DNA of 64,000 nucleotides from Bdellovibrionales bacterium (GTDB lineage Bacteria; Bdellovibrionota; Bdellovibrionia; Bdellovibrionales; JAGQZY01): NCBI GenBank assembly GCA_964230555.1, contig CAXRIX010000066.1, positions 903 to 64,902 of the forward strand, read 5' to 3'. Shown piece by piece: positions 63,489 to 64,000 of this stretch (position 1 is its first letter; each line of letters starts with the position of its first letter). The notes under the pieces were generated by a model. It saw only the letters and a program-made list of their open reading frames with translations, ran no database searches and was not told where the DNA came from. The position numbers and the translations under genes were made by a program.

Positions 63489-64000
63489 ATGTTTGATCCC
63501 AAAGATTTTGACCGCCAGCAATTTTTAAAATCCGGGGCCCTATTTGGTAAAAAAGACCAGGTATGGCTGTTCTGGGGACAGCCCCATGAAAGTGAGTCGC
63601 GCCCCGAAGCGGTGGCTTTAAAATCTCCCGATTTCTTTGAAAAATCCACAGCCCCGTGGCTGCTTTACCCCTATGCCATGCAGATCAGTCGAGCTGAGGC
63701 GCAAACTTTGTTTTTTCCAAAGGCGACGCCGGTGCAATGGGATCATGTGACCGACATGACATTCAAGCAGCAGTTTGCAGAAATTCAGGAAGGCTTTAAA
63801 AGGAAATCTTTGGACAAAGTTGTCCCCTATGCCTTCGAGACCGGCGTCAGCTCTGAGGAGCAAGATTTCCTATCGAATTTCCTAGGCCAGGCCCTGCAAG
63901 TTGAAAAAGGGTTTCTCTACGGGCAGTGGGATGATCAAGGCGGGCAAATGGGTGTCAGTCCAGAAATCCTTGTTTCGCAAATTAACGACAAGCATTTTGC
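63489..64000 (+). CDS. menF: Isochorismate synthase (MenF-like), N-terminal part; the 3' end lies beyond the window
   Basis: Not in the ORF track because it is open at the window edge. Translation from ATG 63489 gives MFDPKDF..FKQQFAEIQEGFKRKSLDKVVPYAFE..GVSPEILVSQ, which matches the MenF/EntC pattern (KvVL.., G.SPE.L). Confidence 0.55.
   Translation, partial: MFDPKDFDRQQFLKSGALFGKKDQVWLFWGQPHESESRPEAVALKSPDFFEKSTAPWLLYPYAMQISRAEAQTLFFPKATPVQWDHVTDMTFKQQFAEIQEGFKRKSLDKVVPYAFETGVSSEEQDFLSNFLGQALQVEKGFLYGQWDDQGGQMGVSPEILVSQINDKHF

Noticed and set aside
1-64000. CRISPR arrays, tRNA/rRNA genes, IS elements, integrases, prophage or classical defence-system genes (restriction-modification, Cas, toxin-antitoxin, abortive infection)
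   Set aside because: No regularly spaced repeats, no cloverleaf-like or rRNA-like non-coding stretches (the largest non-coding gap is 354 nt), and no transposase, integrase, nuclease-methylase or small toxin/antitoxin pairs were seen in the ORF set.

Overview
This is a gene-dense chromosomal window with about 64 CDS (two truncated at the window edges) and more than 90% coding sequence. Many neighbouring genes overlap by 4-17 nt. By eye I found no rRNA, tRNA, CRISPR array, transposase or integrase. Recognisable housekeeping blocks are: a leucine-catabolism (liu) cluster; a six-gene pantothenate/CoA operon; a biotin operon (bioB, bioF, fused bioD-bioA) with a divergent MarR-like gene; hppD-ribD; maf-yggS-proC-divIVA; valS; a pspC-pspA envelope-stress cluster; and menaquinone/shikimate genes (ubiE/menG, DAHP synthase, menF). 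Between these lie many exported or lipoprotein genes of unknown function, plus a Pif1-type helicase, a serpin, a cN-II-like 5'-nucleotidase, an insulinase-like M16 peptidase, a MotA/ExbB-ExbD pair and a Tad-like platform gene. This content suggests a Bdellovibrio-like (Bdellovibrionota) predatory Gram-negative, but that is inference only. The best candidates for undescribed biology are four. (1) A translationally coupled operon at 43240-49674 encodes an orphan TadC-like protein, a DUF192 protein, three FHA-domain membrane proteins and a degenerate PP2C-like protein. (2) A Sec-exported Cys-rich papain-fold-like enzyme is coupled by an ATGA overlap to a small lipoprotein at 56895-58207, which looks like an effector/immunity pair. 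(3) A three-gene operon of exported proteins lies at 21047-26339. (4) A diiron-carboxylate protein is fused onto the end of the biotin operon at 31079-31705. All functional calls come from motif recognition by eye, and no database search was run.
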